A DNA stretch of 29,237 nucleotides from Clostridiaceae bacterium (GCA_012799825.1 JAAZKK010000050.1:1-29237), one strand, 5' to 3'; numbered from the stretch's first letter, positions 8,896 to 18,420 are shown. The notes: generated by a model from the letters alone, not told the origin. Numbers and translations are program-made.

Positions 8896-8986
8896 GCGTT
8901 CGTTCCTCCTTAGCTTTTTTCGATGCCATCGCGGCATCTCGCATGATCCGGCACTCATCGAGCCGGTGATCCGGGGGACGAAATGG

Positions 8987-9027
8987 AATAAAAAACGTCC
9001 GCCCGACATTTTTTGTCGAGAGGACGT
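8987..9027 (-). terminator. Intrinsic terminator of the T-box expression platform
   Basis: RNA ACGUCCUCUCGAC-AAAAAAU-GUCGGGCGGACGU forms a 13-bp stem with one mismatch and one G-U pair, followed by UUUUUAUU. Its 5' arm overlaps the 3' strand of the antiterminator. Confidence 0.85.
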
Positions 9028-9300
9028 CTGCTGACGTGATACCACCTCTCTTCGCTTCCACCTCACGGTGAAAACCTCTGCCGGTACGCCGATTCCTCAC
9101 TGCGAAGACAAAGTGGCCGTCTTCACAAAATCGGTTATACCGCCGCGCTGTCACGGGCGCACCCGTCGCCTCCTACCTCCGATCATACGGTCTCAGGACG
9201 CTGCTCGCGGAATGTATTCATCTCACCGTCTGCTTTTTGCCTCGCACCACCCGGCATATCTCTGGAAGCTTTCAATGGGATTACTTGTTTCCGGTCATGG
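8987..9300 (-). promoter_or_regulatory. T-box riboswitch leader with predicted Tyr (UAC) specifier
   Basis: Read on the minus strand:
- Stem I base CGGAA (9289-9293) pairs with TTCCG (9208-9212).
- AGTA box at 9282-9285.
- AGAGA bulge at 9258-9262.
- Distal loop GGGTGGTGCGAG at 9241-9252.
- Specifier GAA-UAC-A at 9213-9219, immediately before the base helix.
- Antiterminator: GAGAGG (9045-9050) / CCUCUC (9018-9023), a 7-nt bulge UGGUAUC (9038-9044), and ACGUC / GACGU around an AGCA loop.
- A competing terminator at 8987-9027.
- A weak candidate promoter TAGCCA-17-TACAGT lies near 9310-9340. Confidence 0.85.
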
Positions 9301-9617
9301 CATTTATGTTGTTTACTGTACCACAGGAATAGATCTTTGGCTAGACACAAAATGAATGATTTTTTCAAAAACGTCCAGATAGTCCAGATAGTTGAGAATA
9401 ATTCAGCTGAATACTTTCTGAAAACAAAAGAATATACGCAAAAGTGACAACAGAAGCTTAGATATAAAGACATGTTGTTACTTTGCTCTATTCATAAACC
9501 AACACTAGTACTCATTCCGTTACGGACATGACCAGATGAAATGAAGGAACTACAAGGAAAAGCATCTTTAGTCCTATCAGTTTTAGCTCTGACCTGACGG
9601 AACGAGTTAACCTCACA

Positions 9618-9773
9618 ATGATGAGTATGGACATATACGATAACCTCATCAACAAACAGGAGCTCTATCGTTTGCTCAACGAAGCCGAAGACAATTTCAA
9701 ATCAGGTAATGAGATGAGCTCCCGTGAGTCACTTCAAAAATTGCGCAAGGGTTTAAACGACAGAACAACGTAA
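9618..9773 (+). pseudogene. Possible remnant of the C-terminal part of a RelB/ParD-type antitoxin (51 codons)
   Basis: MMSMDIYDNLINKQELYRLLNEAEDNFKSGNEMSSRESLQKLRKGLNDRTT resembles the ...L.EAE.d...G......e.l..LR tail of small antitoxins. It has no SD and no intact partner ORF downstream. Confidence 0.2.
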
Positions 9774-10138
9774 TTCTGTCAAAGCCAAAGATACCATCAA
9801 AGTATTAAAGTGTTCATCAGCTGCCCAGTCATGACTTGAAAACTTCAAAAATAGCGATTAAATTTCTTGATGCGGTAGAAAAGACGGATCAGGGATTAAA
9901 GGTGATACCTTTACCGCTTTGAACTGGTGAAAGTTGAGATAATATAGCAACGGGAATATTAAAAATACTCTATTAGCAATTATCTCTTTTTGCAATATTT
10001 CTGAAAATGATGTCCATGTTTACTGCACTATCTATAGAAGAATGAACTTGGAGCTTATGTTTTAAAAACTAACACCCCTCTATGTATTGCAAAATTACGG
10101 CCATTTTTCATGCATTTTGTAGGGCACGGCGTCATTAT

Positions 10139-10906
10139 TCACCTGTCGGACAACAACACCTTGTTCTGATGTGTCCCAACAAGCTGTTGTATGTGCCGAT
10201 AGCTCCCCATCTCCCGGTACGCGTCAGGGAGGCCTGCCTTGTCAAGCATTCTCAGGAAGGAGTAAGCATCGTCGTATATGCGGCTATTGCCTTTTGTGAC
10301 GTAGTAATGCCCGTCGTGCGCTCGGTAATCAATCTCGTATATCTCCGAGCCGGGCACCTTGCCAATGCCAAAATCAATGAGTACCAATTGTTTTTTGTCG
10401 TTTATCAGCAGATTAGTAGCGCTGATGTCACAGTGGACGATTTGGAATTGCCGGAAGCATTTGTGTATCTCGATAAATTCGCCGCAGTACCGCTCAAACA
10501 GGTGCTCATCCGTCGGAATTTCAAAGTTGCGCAAATCAGCAAAAAATTGCGTGACTAGCAACGAGGTGTTTGTATCAAACGCCTTATCACTAGTCAATGT
10601 CCTCGGCACAAAGGGCAAATCGCAACTGGTTACATAGTGGTTGACAAAGATTTCGTTCCGAATGGTGCTGTCATTTTGCGCCAGCTTGACAAAACAAGTC
10701 TCCCCACGGTAATTTCCCTTGTAGTATTTGCGGATGGTTCCCTCACTGTCATCACCGATATACCAATTCTCCGTCCGATAAAGCTGTAAATCGGAAAGGC
10801 CATAGTCGGCTAGCTGGCTGATGGTTCGTCTGTGCTGCTCCGTTAGGTATTCATCCATGAACTGCCTGTGACGGCGCGGGTCGGTTGGAATTGGTTGGCT
10901 ACCCAT
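10139..10906 (-). CDS. Protein-kinase-like (eukaryotic-type kinase fold) protein, possibly a small-molecule kinase (255 aa)
   Basis: RBS AAGGAGGatgcgATG, 20 bp after the yhfX-like stop. It has the catalytic loop HCDISATNLL, the DFG motif LIDFGIG, and a candidate ATP-binding Lys in CFVKL. Confidence 0.8.
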   Translation of the reverse strand: MGSQPIPTDPRRHRQFMDEYLTEQHRRTISQLADYGLSDLQLYRTENWYIGDDSEGTIRKYYKGNYRGETCFVKLAQNDSTIRNEIFVNHYVTSCDLPFVPRTLTSDKAFDTNTSLLVTQFFADLRNFEIPTDEHLFERYCGEFIEIHKCFRQFQIVHCDISATNLLINDKKQLVLIDFGIGKVPGSEIYEIDYRAHDGHYYVTKGNSRIYDDAYSFLRMLDKAGLPDAYREMGSYRHIQQLVGTHQNKVLLSDR

Positions 10907-10926
10907 CGCATCCTCCTTGAGTTTTT

Positions 10927-12084
10927 TCAGTTCAATTGGTTACCGTATTTGTCGAAGATGCCTAGCATACGTGGAGCGCCGGTCCTTAGCCCTTCCACCA
11001 CCGCGATGGATGCATTTACTACGAAAAGCTGCGTTCGGAAAGCATACAGCACACCAGTTCCTACTGGTTCTGAGCATTCCAGCTGCGCATAGTAGTCGAT
11101 GTTGCCCGGCTGTACGTTCTCTGCGTTAACCAAATGATAGCCGCTCTCTTGGGCTACAATGGCGCGATGGATCTTAGCACGTCCATAGAAACCGCCGCCG
11201 AATACACAGCTTTTTCCGTTCCACTTGTGGGAAACCTCAGTAACGTATGCCATCGCCATTATTTCAACGCCGGGTGTACTGGTTGCACTTCGGTAGGTGG
11301 TTCCCGTGAATGCGTGCCCTGGCTCCAGATGAGTGACACCACCCCCGGCCGCTAGGGAAAAGGTAGCGCAGTCGTTCCCGCCCGGAGCATTGACCTGCTG
11401 TACCCGACAACCACAGTTCCTGCCTATATCTACCGCCTTACGCAAGGTATGAAAGTTGTGGGTGGGCTCCACCCGCTCGGAATCAAGACCTAACGCAAAA
11501 CAGGGAAAGGCTGTGAAACCCACAAGTTCCACATGTTCAAGCTGCTGAATTTCCTCAATCACCATCGGAAGTTGCTCAAGGCTAACTCCGCCATATTGCT
11601 GTGGATAGATAGTATCACCGACCTCGGTCACGCGTAGCAACAGTTGCTGCCGTCTACCGCTTTTATTCGCGTGACGGGATATTTTTTTTGCATTTTCAAT
11701 ATCCATCACGGTGATCACTTCTGGATCCATAGCTAGAGCCTCGTCCACACACCACTCAGGAATTTGCATGAGGTGTCCCAAATGCCCAATGACGAAGCCC
11801 TGACGGTGTAACGCCCGTGCTTCATCTATGCTCACAGCCACCGCCCGGGGGATACCACACTCAGCAATGGTCTTGCAAACCACAGGAATGCGCCCAATTT
11901 GCTTGGTCATCATGTACAGCTGCAGACCGAAATTATCCGCCGTTTCTTTTATTACAGAAGCGTTGCGCCGGATCGCGTCTAAGTCCAACACATAGGTGTT
12001 GGGAAGAATCCTACCGGTTCTATGAGCATATATCGACCATTCCACAAGGTCTAAATTCTGCTGAAGCAATGCGTCAACAAACAC
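10927..12084 (-). CDS. yhfX: YhfX-like PLP enzyme (alanine-racemase N-terminal fold, putative amino-acid racemase), 385 aa
   Basis: GTG start at 12084, 7 nt after GGAGGA that lies inside the end of the upstream gene. MFVDALLQQN...YVLDLDAIRRNA...LYMMTKQIGR...GHLGHLMQIP...VTHLEPGHAFTG...FRTQLFV is colinear with E. coli YhfX as I remember it. Confidence 0.85.
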   Translation of the reverse strand: MFVDALLQQNLDLVEWSIYAHRTGRILPNTYVLDLDAIRRNASVIKETADNFGLQLYMMTKQIGRIPVVCKTIAECGIPRAVAVSIDEARALHRQGFVIGHLGHLMQIPEWCVDEALAMDPEVITVMDIENAKKISRHANKSGRRQQLLLRVTEVGDTIYPQQYGGVSLEQLPMVIEEIQQLEHVELVGFTAFPCFALGLDSERVEPTHNFHTLRKAVDIGRNCGCRVQQVNAPGGNDCATFSLAAGGGVTHLEPGHAFTGTTYRSATSTPGVEIMAMAYVTEVSHKWNGKSCVFGGGFYGRAKIHRAIVAQESGYHLVNAENVQPGNIDYYAQLECSEPVGTGVLYAFRTQLFVVNASIAVVEGLRTGAPRMLGIFDKYGNQLN

Positions 12085-12087
12085 GGT

Positions 12088-13194
12088 TCAGTCCTCCTGC
12101 ATTATACTTTTTAGAGCTTCCTTCAAAATCCTCACTACAGTGTCGGCTCCAGCCCGCATAACATTAATGCGAATGTAATAGTTTAGACGCTCGGGGTTCT
12201 CAACGGCGAATGTTCTGGAAACCGTATAAAACAGCGCAGGGATCTCGTATTTCGATTCCGCCCCCACCGGACGGGGAGACGCACCCAGTTTTTCCGCCTG
12301 AGAAAGAACTCTGTAGGCAATGGGCTGTTCAAACTCAACCAAAAGTACTCGGGACTGCATATTGGCAACAAATACCCGACGAATGCCCCAAATCTTTTTG
12401 TCAGCAAGTTTTTGGATATCTACTCGCGCCTGCTCGGTTTGCATTGCCTGCACTGCCATGGCAACCGGTACGTTCACGAGACTTCGCAAGGCCTCCATGG
12501 CCTCCATTCCCTGCACCTGTGAGCCACCGGTACAGTTGCGTCGGCGAATGCGTTGCAGCAACTCGCGCTTGCCCAGCACACAACCAATACCTTCAGGTCC
12601 CTGCAGCTTGAAGAGCGAAAAAGCTGCAAGGTCCGCCCCTGCGGCAATGCCACACAACGGGGTTTTCAGCACAGCGTAGTTGTCGTCCACCACAACCTGA
12701 CACCCACAGCCTTTCAACGTCGCAATCACATCGCGAAGAGAATAGCTGTCGGTGAGCAACTGTCTTGCGTGTTGAACAACCGCTACGCTGGGCTTCTGCA
12801 AGGTAACAACGCTACGGGTTTCCTCCAGATCGTTGTAGTTCGCATTTACAACTCGCAGGGCCATGTCACGCAGGGTGATCTCGGTGGAAGGGTAGATAGG
12901 CGCAGCGTGCACCAGCACACTGCCACCCGGCTGTGCTACCGCCCCAAGAGCCTCACGAATGGCTCCGGTTCCAGCACCACGAACCAAAACGCAGTCCTGC
13001 GCGCCAAAAAATTGCGCCAGCGTCTGTTCTGCAAGGGTCGTGTGCAGGGGGCTACCGCCCTGCACAAGACCAAGATCACCCTGTTGCAAAAAAAGGCCGT
13101 TAGGGAAGTTCCTGTGTATACAATCCACCAATTTGAATTGCAGTTCCATTGCTTGCTCGATCGAAAGGGCATCCAACATTCCTGCTGTTGGCAT
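12088..13194 (-). CDS. yhfS: YhfS-like PLP-dependent enzyme (aminotransferase/lyase fold), 368 aa
   Basis: I trimmed ORF 12088..13257 to the ATG at 13194, behind GAGGTGatgag. Motifs GAGTGAIREAL, VVDDNYAVLK, FSLFKLQGPEGIG and VGAESKYEIPALFY match my recollection of E. coli YhfS. Confidence 0.85.
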   Translation of the reverse strand: MPTAGMLDALSIEQAMELQFKLVDCIHRNFPNGLFLQQGDLGLVQGGSPLHTTLAEQTLAQFFGAQDCVLVRGAGTGAIREALGAVAQPGGSVLVHAAPIYPSTEITLRDMALRVVNANYNDLEETRSVVTLQKPSVAVVQHARQLLTDSYSLRDVIATLKGCGCQVVVDDNYAVLKTPLCGIAAGADLAAFSLFKLQGPEGIGCVLGKRELLQRIRRRNCTGGSQVQGMEAMEALRSLVNVPVAMAVQAMQTEQARVDIQKLADKKIWGIRRVFVANMQSRVLLVEFEQPIAYRVLSQAEKLGASPRPVGAESKYEIPALFYTVSRTFAVENPERLNYYIRINVMRAGADTVVRILKEALKSIMQED

Positions 13195-13247
13195 CTCATC
13201 ACCTCGCATCCTCTGGCTATTTGGTTGTTTTGCGGGACACGCCTCGC

Positions 13248-15296
13248 TCATTCCCAAGTGATGATGAGGTTTCCGCCTTTTTCGCAGTAAAATCTGTCAC
13301 CAGGCCCCACAAAAATTGTGGTGTCCATCTGCTCGATAATGACCGGACCTATTCCCGAATACCCCTGAGGAAGATCATCTCGTCGGAAAACTGGAACCTG
13401 TTGGAAGCCCGTCTCCCGGAAGTAGACCGACCGCTCGGTTGCCGGTTTTGGAACAGCCGCCCCGCCAACTTCAAAGAAGCCTATGTCGCCCGATTTATCC
13501 AGTATACCGAAGCCAGAGCAGCGGATACTGACCAACTCCAGTGGTTCGTCGTTCGAAGCAGCATACCCATAGGACGCTTGATGCAGGACATGGAATTTCT
13601 CGGCTATGACGTCCCACCCATCGCCCGCAATATCCTCCGGATCGATCTCCATGGTCAGCTCGTGAGTCTGAGCCATGTAGCGAAGGTCAGCGTAAATGGT
13701 AAACCGCCGGTGATCCGAGTCAAAATCTGCTCGAGCCAGGTCTTCACTCGCCTTTGTTAGTAGGACATGATAGCGCTTACGTAGCTGGGCAGGTGCGAGT
13801 TCAGATAGTGGCAGAATCACGCTCTCCACGTAATCGTATCGCACGTCGCTCATCAAAAGGCCGATAGCGGCCGTGATGCCGGGGTAGCGGGGAACAATGA
13901 CCTTAGTCATATTCAGTGTTTTAGCAACAGCAACTGCCTGTAACGGACCCGCGCCTCCGCAGGCAAACAGGGCAAACTCCCTGATGTCGAATCCACGGTT
14001 AGCGACCAAACGACGCACGGCGTTGGCAATATTCTCGTTTACGATGTCCAACATGCCCTGAGCCGCCTCGTACACATCCATGCTGAGAGGCTCCGCTATC
14101 TTTTTGGCAATCGCATCGTGGCTCAAGGCAACATTGATGGGGAAGCTACCACCCAAAAGTGCCGTTTGGTTCAGCCGCCCCAGCAACACGTTGGCGTCGG
14201 TAAGTGCCGGTTCCTCACCGCCCTGATTGTAGCACACCGGCCCCGGCATGGCTCCAGCGCTGGTGGGGCCCATGTTCAGCATGCCGCCCCGGTCTATCCA
14301 TGCCAGAGTGCCGCCACCCGCTCCAATGGTAGCCACGTCGATGATGGGTAAATGCACCACGGTGCCAAATTCGATCTCCTGCTCGTCGCGGGTCATTAAT
14401 TCACCGTTATACACTATGGCAATGTCGGTGCTGGTGCCGCCGCTGTCGATAGAAATCACCGACCGCTCGTCAAGCTGCTTCGAAATGCCCTTCATGGCAA
14501 TGGCCGCTGCAGCTGGTCCCGAGAGCAGGGTGCGCGGAGCAATATGCTCCACCGGGTATACTGGCGCCACCCCACCATTGGACAGCATCAAAAGAATATC
14601 ATTTTGATACCCCTTTTCTCGGCTATCCCGACTCAGAATATCGATATAATCCTTCAAAAGGGGTCCCACATAGGCAGCCACGCTCACGGTGCTCATGCGT
14701 TCAAATTCACGCCATTCACGTAACAGCTCGCTTGATGTGGTAACGTACAGATGAGGATATGCCTCACGGATGATGGCTGCCGCCTGTTCCTCGTGGGAGG
14801 GGTTGATGTAGGAGTTGATGAAGCAGATGGCCACAGCTTCAATCCCCTCGCTTGTCATCCCTTCCACCAGACTGAGCAATTCACTCTTATCCACTGAGCG
14901 AATCACATTTCCCATACTGTCGATCCGTTCGTCTAACTCTAGGCGGTAGCGGCGCTCTACCAGCTCATCCGGCTGATCCCATTGTAGATCATATAGCCGA
15001 CCACGAGTGGTGCGACGGATCTTTAAAACATCCCGAAAGCCCCTCGTGGTAATCAAAGCAACTTTCGATCCCTTCTTTTCGATAACGGCGTTTGTGGCTA
15101 TGGTTGTGCCGTGCATAAACAGATCCACAGCGGACAGGTCGTATCCACTTTGGGCAATGGCATTCATTACCCCTTCGCGCAGGTTGTGCGGAGTGCTGTG
15201 CACCTTTTTTACAATGGTTTTTCCGGTGACTGGATCTAGAAAAATCCCGTCGGTAAAGGTTCCGCCAACATCAATTCCTATGTTTGTAGTTTTCAT
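13248..15296 (-). CDS. hyuA: Hydantoinase/oxoprolinase family, A (alpha) subunit, 682 aa
   Basis: MKTTNIGIDVGGTFTDG is the N-terminal ATPase motif, and the ORF is family-length. RBS GAGGGAGG. The ATG overlaps the hyuB stop by 4 bp (ATGA). Confidence 0.9.
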   Translation of the reverse strand: MKTTNIGIDVGGTFTDGIFLDPVTGKTIVKKVHSTPHNLREGVMNAIAQSGYDLSAVDLFMHGTTIATNAVIEKKGSKVALITTRGFRDVLKIRRTTRGRLYDLQWDQPDELVERRYRLELDERIDSMGNVIRSVDKSELLSLVEGMTSEGIEAVAICFINSYINPSHEEQAAAIIREAYPHLYVTTSSELLREWREFERMSTVSVAAYVGPLLKDYIDILSRDSREKGYQNDILLMLSNGGVAPVYPVEHIAPRTLLSGPAAAAIAMKGISKQLDERSVISIDSGGTSTDIAIVYNGELMTRDEQEIEFGTVVHLPIIDVATIGAGGGTLAWIDRGGMLNMGPTSAGAMPGPVCYNQGGEEPALTDANVLLGRLNQTALLGGSFPINVALSHDAIAKKIAEPLSMDVYEAAQGMLDIVNENIANAVRRLVANRGFDIREFALFACGGAGPLQAVAVAKTLNMTKVIVPRYPGITAAIGLLMSDVRYDYVESVILPLSELAPAQLRKRYHVLLTKASEDLARADFDSDHRRFTIYADLRYMAQTHELTMEIDPEDIAGDGWDVIAEKFHVLHQASYGYAASNDEPLELVSIRCSGFGILDKSGDIGFFEVGGAAVPKPATERSVYFRETGFQQVPVFRRDDLPQGYSGIGPVIIEQMDTTIFVGPGDRFYCEKGGNLIITWE

Positions 15297-17026
15297 TCGG
15301 CAGCCTCCCTCATCTCCGCCCGCAGCCGGTCGCTAGCGGCGGTATCCACTTTGTCCTGATCGTCGATGACAATACCATATTCTTGATACAAGTGCTCGCT
15401 TGAGAGAAGCCCGTGCAAGAAATCCTTTTCCGCGAGGGCGTAGTCTCGCTCCAGCGGATCACCGTAGCCGCCGCCGCCTGCAACCAAGACGGTCACCTCG
15501 TCGCCCTCTTTCACTAGGTAGTTGCTGGCTTTCAGGGTAAGGTTCACCTCACGTTCGGTTCCCATGTTTAGTACCAGTCCTTGGGGCATTGCCGGCTTGC
15601 CACCAAACAGACCCCAAGGAGGAAATTTCTCCCTGTCACCGAGGGCGCTCAGTTTTGCGGTGCCTCGAGCTATCACAAAGCGCTTGATAGAGCCGTTGCC
15701 ACCCCGAAAGCGGCCAGGGCCACCCGAGTCCTGTCGTAGCGACCACTGGTTGAACAGTATGGGGTACTTGCGCTCAAACACCTCCACGGGGGTGATGCGA
15801 GCACCGCCCCCAAACAGTGACACAAGGCCAGAAGAGCCGTCCTTGGTGGCACGCCCGCCAAAGCCACCTTCGCTGAAAAGATACATCACATAGTATTCGC
15901 CGGTCTTGTCGTCCACACCTCCCATAACTAAGTTGATCAGCCCGTGGGGGCACCCGGTGGACTTTTCTGGGCAGGCATGGGCCAGCGCGCCCAATGAGAC
16001 GCCGATTACTTTCTCGTACACCGTGCCCGCCATGGCGCTAATGGCCGCGGGAGGTCGTGCGTTCACCACCGTTCCCTCGGGGATGATGAAGGAAATGGGC
16101 AGAAAACAGCCGTAGCTCATGGGAACATCGGGAAACAGCGACTTTATTGTGACGATGACTGCCGATACCGTGGAGGAATATGTGCCGTTAGCGGCGCTGC
16201 GTGTCTGTGGGTCAGAGCCTGAAAAATCAAATTCCATGCGATTTCCCTTCACCGTCATCTTCACGGCAATTTTCACCGGGTCTTTGCAATACTTACTTTC
16301 CTCGTCCATATACTCTTCAAAGAAATAGCTACCGTCTGGAATTTTATCAATCTCCTTTTCCAGCATCACCTTGGCGTACTCAATGGTTTCTTCCATAAAC
16401 TCTAGGATGTTTTCCACACCGTACTTATCCGCCAACTCGATGACCCGGCGCTCGCCAATGGCTACCGAGGATATCTGGGAGGAGAGGTCTCCCTCTCGCT
16501 CCCAAGGAATGCGCACGTTTGACATGATGATATCGTGGACACCCTTGGCCATTACGCCACGCTCCATAATCTTCACTGGCGGTATGCGGAGACCTTCTTC
16601 AAAGTGCTCTTCAGCAACAGAGTTCAGGCTACCAGGTGTAGAACCTCCCACGTCAGCCCAGTGCCCAGCAATGGCCACAAATCCAATGCGCTTGCCCTTG
16701 TAAAACACTGGCTTGATGACCCCTACATCGTTGAAATGGGTGCCGCCAATAAAGGGGTCATTGTTGATAAACACATCGCCTTCAAACAAGTTTCCTTCGT
16801 AGACTTCCACGATTTTTCGCACGGAATATTGCATCATAGTAACGAATACCCCTAGGTCAGATTCTCCCTGAACGATCAAATTGCCGTTACCATTGAATAA
16901 GGCAGCACCTATATCCCGTCCTTCTGTAATGACCGCGGAATAAGCCGAGCGAAACATGTTGATATTCATTTCATCTGCAATACTTTTAAAGGCGCTTTGC
17001 AAAACCGAAAAAGTAATGGTATCCAT
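15293..17026 (-). CDS. hyuB: Hydantoinase B / oxoprolinase family, B (beta) subunit, 577 aa
   Basis: I trimmed ORF 15293..17293 to the ATG at 17026, behind GGAGGAcaatt. MDTITFSVLQSAFKSIADEMN...ITEGRDIGAALF is the typical N-terminus. The upstream in-frame extension overlaps the permease gene. Confidence 0.9.
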   Translation of the reverse strand: MDTITFSVLQSAFKSIADEMNINMFRSAYSAVITEGRDIGAALFNGNGNLIVQGESDLGVFVTMMQYSVRKIVEVYEGNLFEGDVFINNDPFIGGTHFNDVGVIKPVFYKGKRIGFVAIAGHWADVGGSTPGSLNSVAEEHFEEGLRIPPVKIMERGVMAKGVHDIIMSNVRIPWEREGDLSSQISSVAIGERRVIELADKYGVENILEFMEETIEYAKVMLEKEIDKIPDGSYFFEEYMDEESKYCKDPVKIAVKMTVKGNRMEFDFSGSDPQTRSAANGTYSSTVSAVIVTIKSLFPDVPMSYGCFLPISFIIPEGTVVNARPPAAISAMAGTVYEKVIGVSLGALAHACPEKSTGCPHGLINLVMGGVDDKTGEYYVMYLFSEGGFGGRATKDGSSGLVSLFGGGARITPVEVFERKYPILFNQWSLRQDSGGPGRFRGGNGSIKRFVIARGTAKLSALGDREKFPPWGLFGGKPAMPQGLVLNMGTEREVNLTLKASNYLVKEGDEVTVLVAGGGGYGDPLERDYALAEKDFLHGLLSSEHLYQEYGIVIDDQDKVDTAASDRLRAEMREAAE

Positions 17027-17115
17027 AATTGTCCTCCAATGGCTTGTAAGTTGCCACAGTTTGGTTACTGGTTTACCTATACTGATCGCCGTATCAGCAG
17101 AAGGTACCGCCGAGC

Positions 17116-18420
17116 TTAGTTTTTGGCAGGAATTGGCTTCATTACCTTGCTTAGGACGAGGTAAGCCACACCGCCCACAACCAGACTGTTGATGCCCGAA
17201 ACACCGATGGCAGCGTAGGGCAGCACACCCAAGGGATTGCCGGTAAAAAAGTCTGCAACAACCGCGATAATCCATGCTAGTATGGCCGGCCAATGGAAAT
17301 CCCCTATACCTTCAGTCTTTTTTTCAACGCCCCGCCTTACATAGAAATAGTCGATGGCGATAATGATGCCAATAGGCGGCATGAGCATGGCCAGTACTCC
17401 CAGATAGACAGCTAGATTCGTATACACGCCGGTAGCGCACACAATTGTTCCGATGAGCACCGTGACGATGGTGAAGATGTATTTTGGCATTTTGAACAGT
17501 TTAGAAAGAGCTAACCCGGCGGAATAGACGTTGTTGTCAGCAGAGGACCAAGTGGAAAACAGCAGAAGCAGAAAGCCGATGACGGTGAATAGTTTGCCTC
17601 CCATAGTCACGATGAGAGTCACCAGATCGGGGCTTCCGGTGCCCTTCACCGCAATGGCACCTAGAGAAACAAAGATGAAGAATCCGAGACCGAAAGAGAG
17701 CAACGAGGCTCTTGCAGCGCTTTTTCCAGTCTTGTCATAACGAGTCACATCTCCTGCCAGCGTGGCGCCGGCGATAAAAATACCGATGGTGGTGGTAACG
17801 CCCGTACCAAAGGTGATTGGAGCAGTTGTGGGGCCAATTTGGTTGATAGCAGTCCAACCGCCGCCGGCGATGATACCCTTGATAGCAGCAATCAGAACGA
17901 GTAGACACATGGGAACAACGATGAAGTTGCTGAGTGCAGCAACGCCCCTAAAGCCCAAAAAGGCGGAGGTGCCCATGAGTAGGCTAGCTATGATGCCACC
18001 TGACACGGTCAGTGAGCCGCTTGCCATCCCAAACAAAGCCTCTAGACTAGGGATGAAAAACCCAACGGTTACACCGTAAAACAGTATGTTGGCAATTGCC
18101 ATGGCAGCTGCCACGATGTTGGAACCCCTTTCGCCAAACGCGATTCTCGCAACCATAGATGTGGACAAGCCCTCCTTGGCGCCAATCATTGCCAGCGGCA
18201 TGGAGTAGACACCCAAAATCACGGCGCCTACAAAGATGGCCAGCAGAGCCATGGGCAGGGTCATGCCGGTGGCAATGTTGCCTCCTGTGATGGCAGGAGC
18301 AGGGTTTATGACCCAGCACAACAGCACGGAGATGATGGTGAACATACTTTTTCGTTCGCTTTGTGGTACTACGGACAGTTCGTTATCTTGCAAAACGCTC
18401 TTGCTTTTACTCTTGTTCAT
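17116..18420 (-). CDS. NCS1-family (purine-cytosine / hydantoin-type) permease, 434 aa
   Basis: RBS GAGGAGGTaagtatcATG. About 12 hydrophobic segments. The N-terminus ...VVPQSERKSMFTIISVLLCWVINPAP is typical of CodB-like transporters. Confidence 0.88.
   Translation of the reverse strand: MNKSKSKSVLQDNELSVVPQSERKSMFTIISVLLCWVINPAPAITGGNIATGMTLPMALLAIFVGAVILGVYSMPLAMIGAKEGLSTSMVARIAFGERGSNIVAAAMAIANILFYGVTVGFFIPSLEALFGMASGSLTVSGGIIASLLMGTSAFLGFRGVAALSNFIVVPMCLLVLIAAIKGIIAGGGWTAINQIGPTTAPITFGTGVTTTIGIFIAGATLAGDVTRYDKTGKSAARASLLSFGLGFFIFVSLGAIAVKGTGSPDLVTLIVTMGGKLFTVIGFLLLLFSTWSSADNNVYSAGLALSKLFKMPKYIFTIVTVLIGTIVCATGVYTNLAVYLGVLAMLMPPIGIIIAIDYFYVRRGVEKKTEGIGDFHWPAILAWIIAVVADFFTGNPLGVLPYAAIGVSGINSLVVGGVAYLVLSKVMKPIPAKN

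Noticed and set aside
9035-9219. Trp (UGG) specificity for the T-box, as might be expected if the lyase were a tryptophanase
   Set aside because: The codon at the canonical specifier position reads UAC, the antiterminator bulge is UGGU (partner A73, whereas tRNA-Trp has G73), and the enzyme carries TPL-type residues rather than tryptophanase-type residues. This still needs covariance-model confirmation.
9373-9390. Exact tandem 9-bp duplication gtccagata-gtccagata upstream of the T-box promoter region as a regulator site
   Set aside because: It is too short and isolated to distinguish from a simple slippage event, and no matching palindrome or second site is present.
12553-13290. 245-aa + strand ORF, and many 60-130-aa ORFs across 10.9-19.8 kb
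   Set aside because: These are antisense or alternate-frame ORFs expected in GC-rich coding sequence. The minus-strand genes have family motifs, RBSs and operon spacing.
17027-17293. N-terminal extensions of track ORFs: hyuB to 17293, lyase to 9066, yhfZ-like from 19890, yhfS-like to 13257, DsrE-like to 1426, ruvA to 24926, rpsT to 27259
   Set aside because: Each extension lacks an RBS, overlaps a neighbouring gene or the T-box leader, and precedes an internal start that has a strong SD and the family-typical N-terminus.
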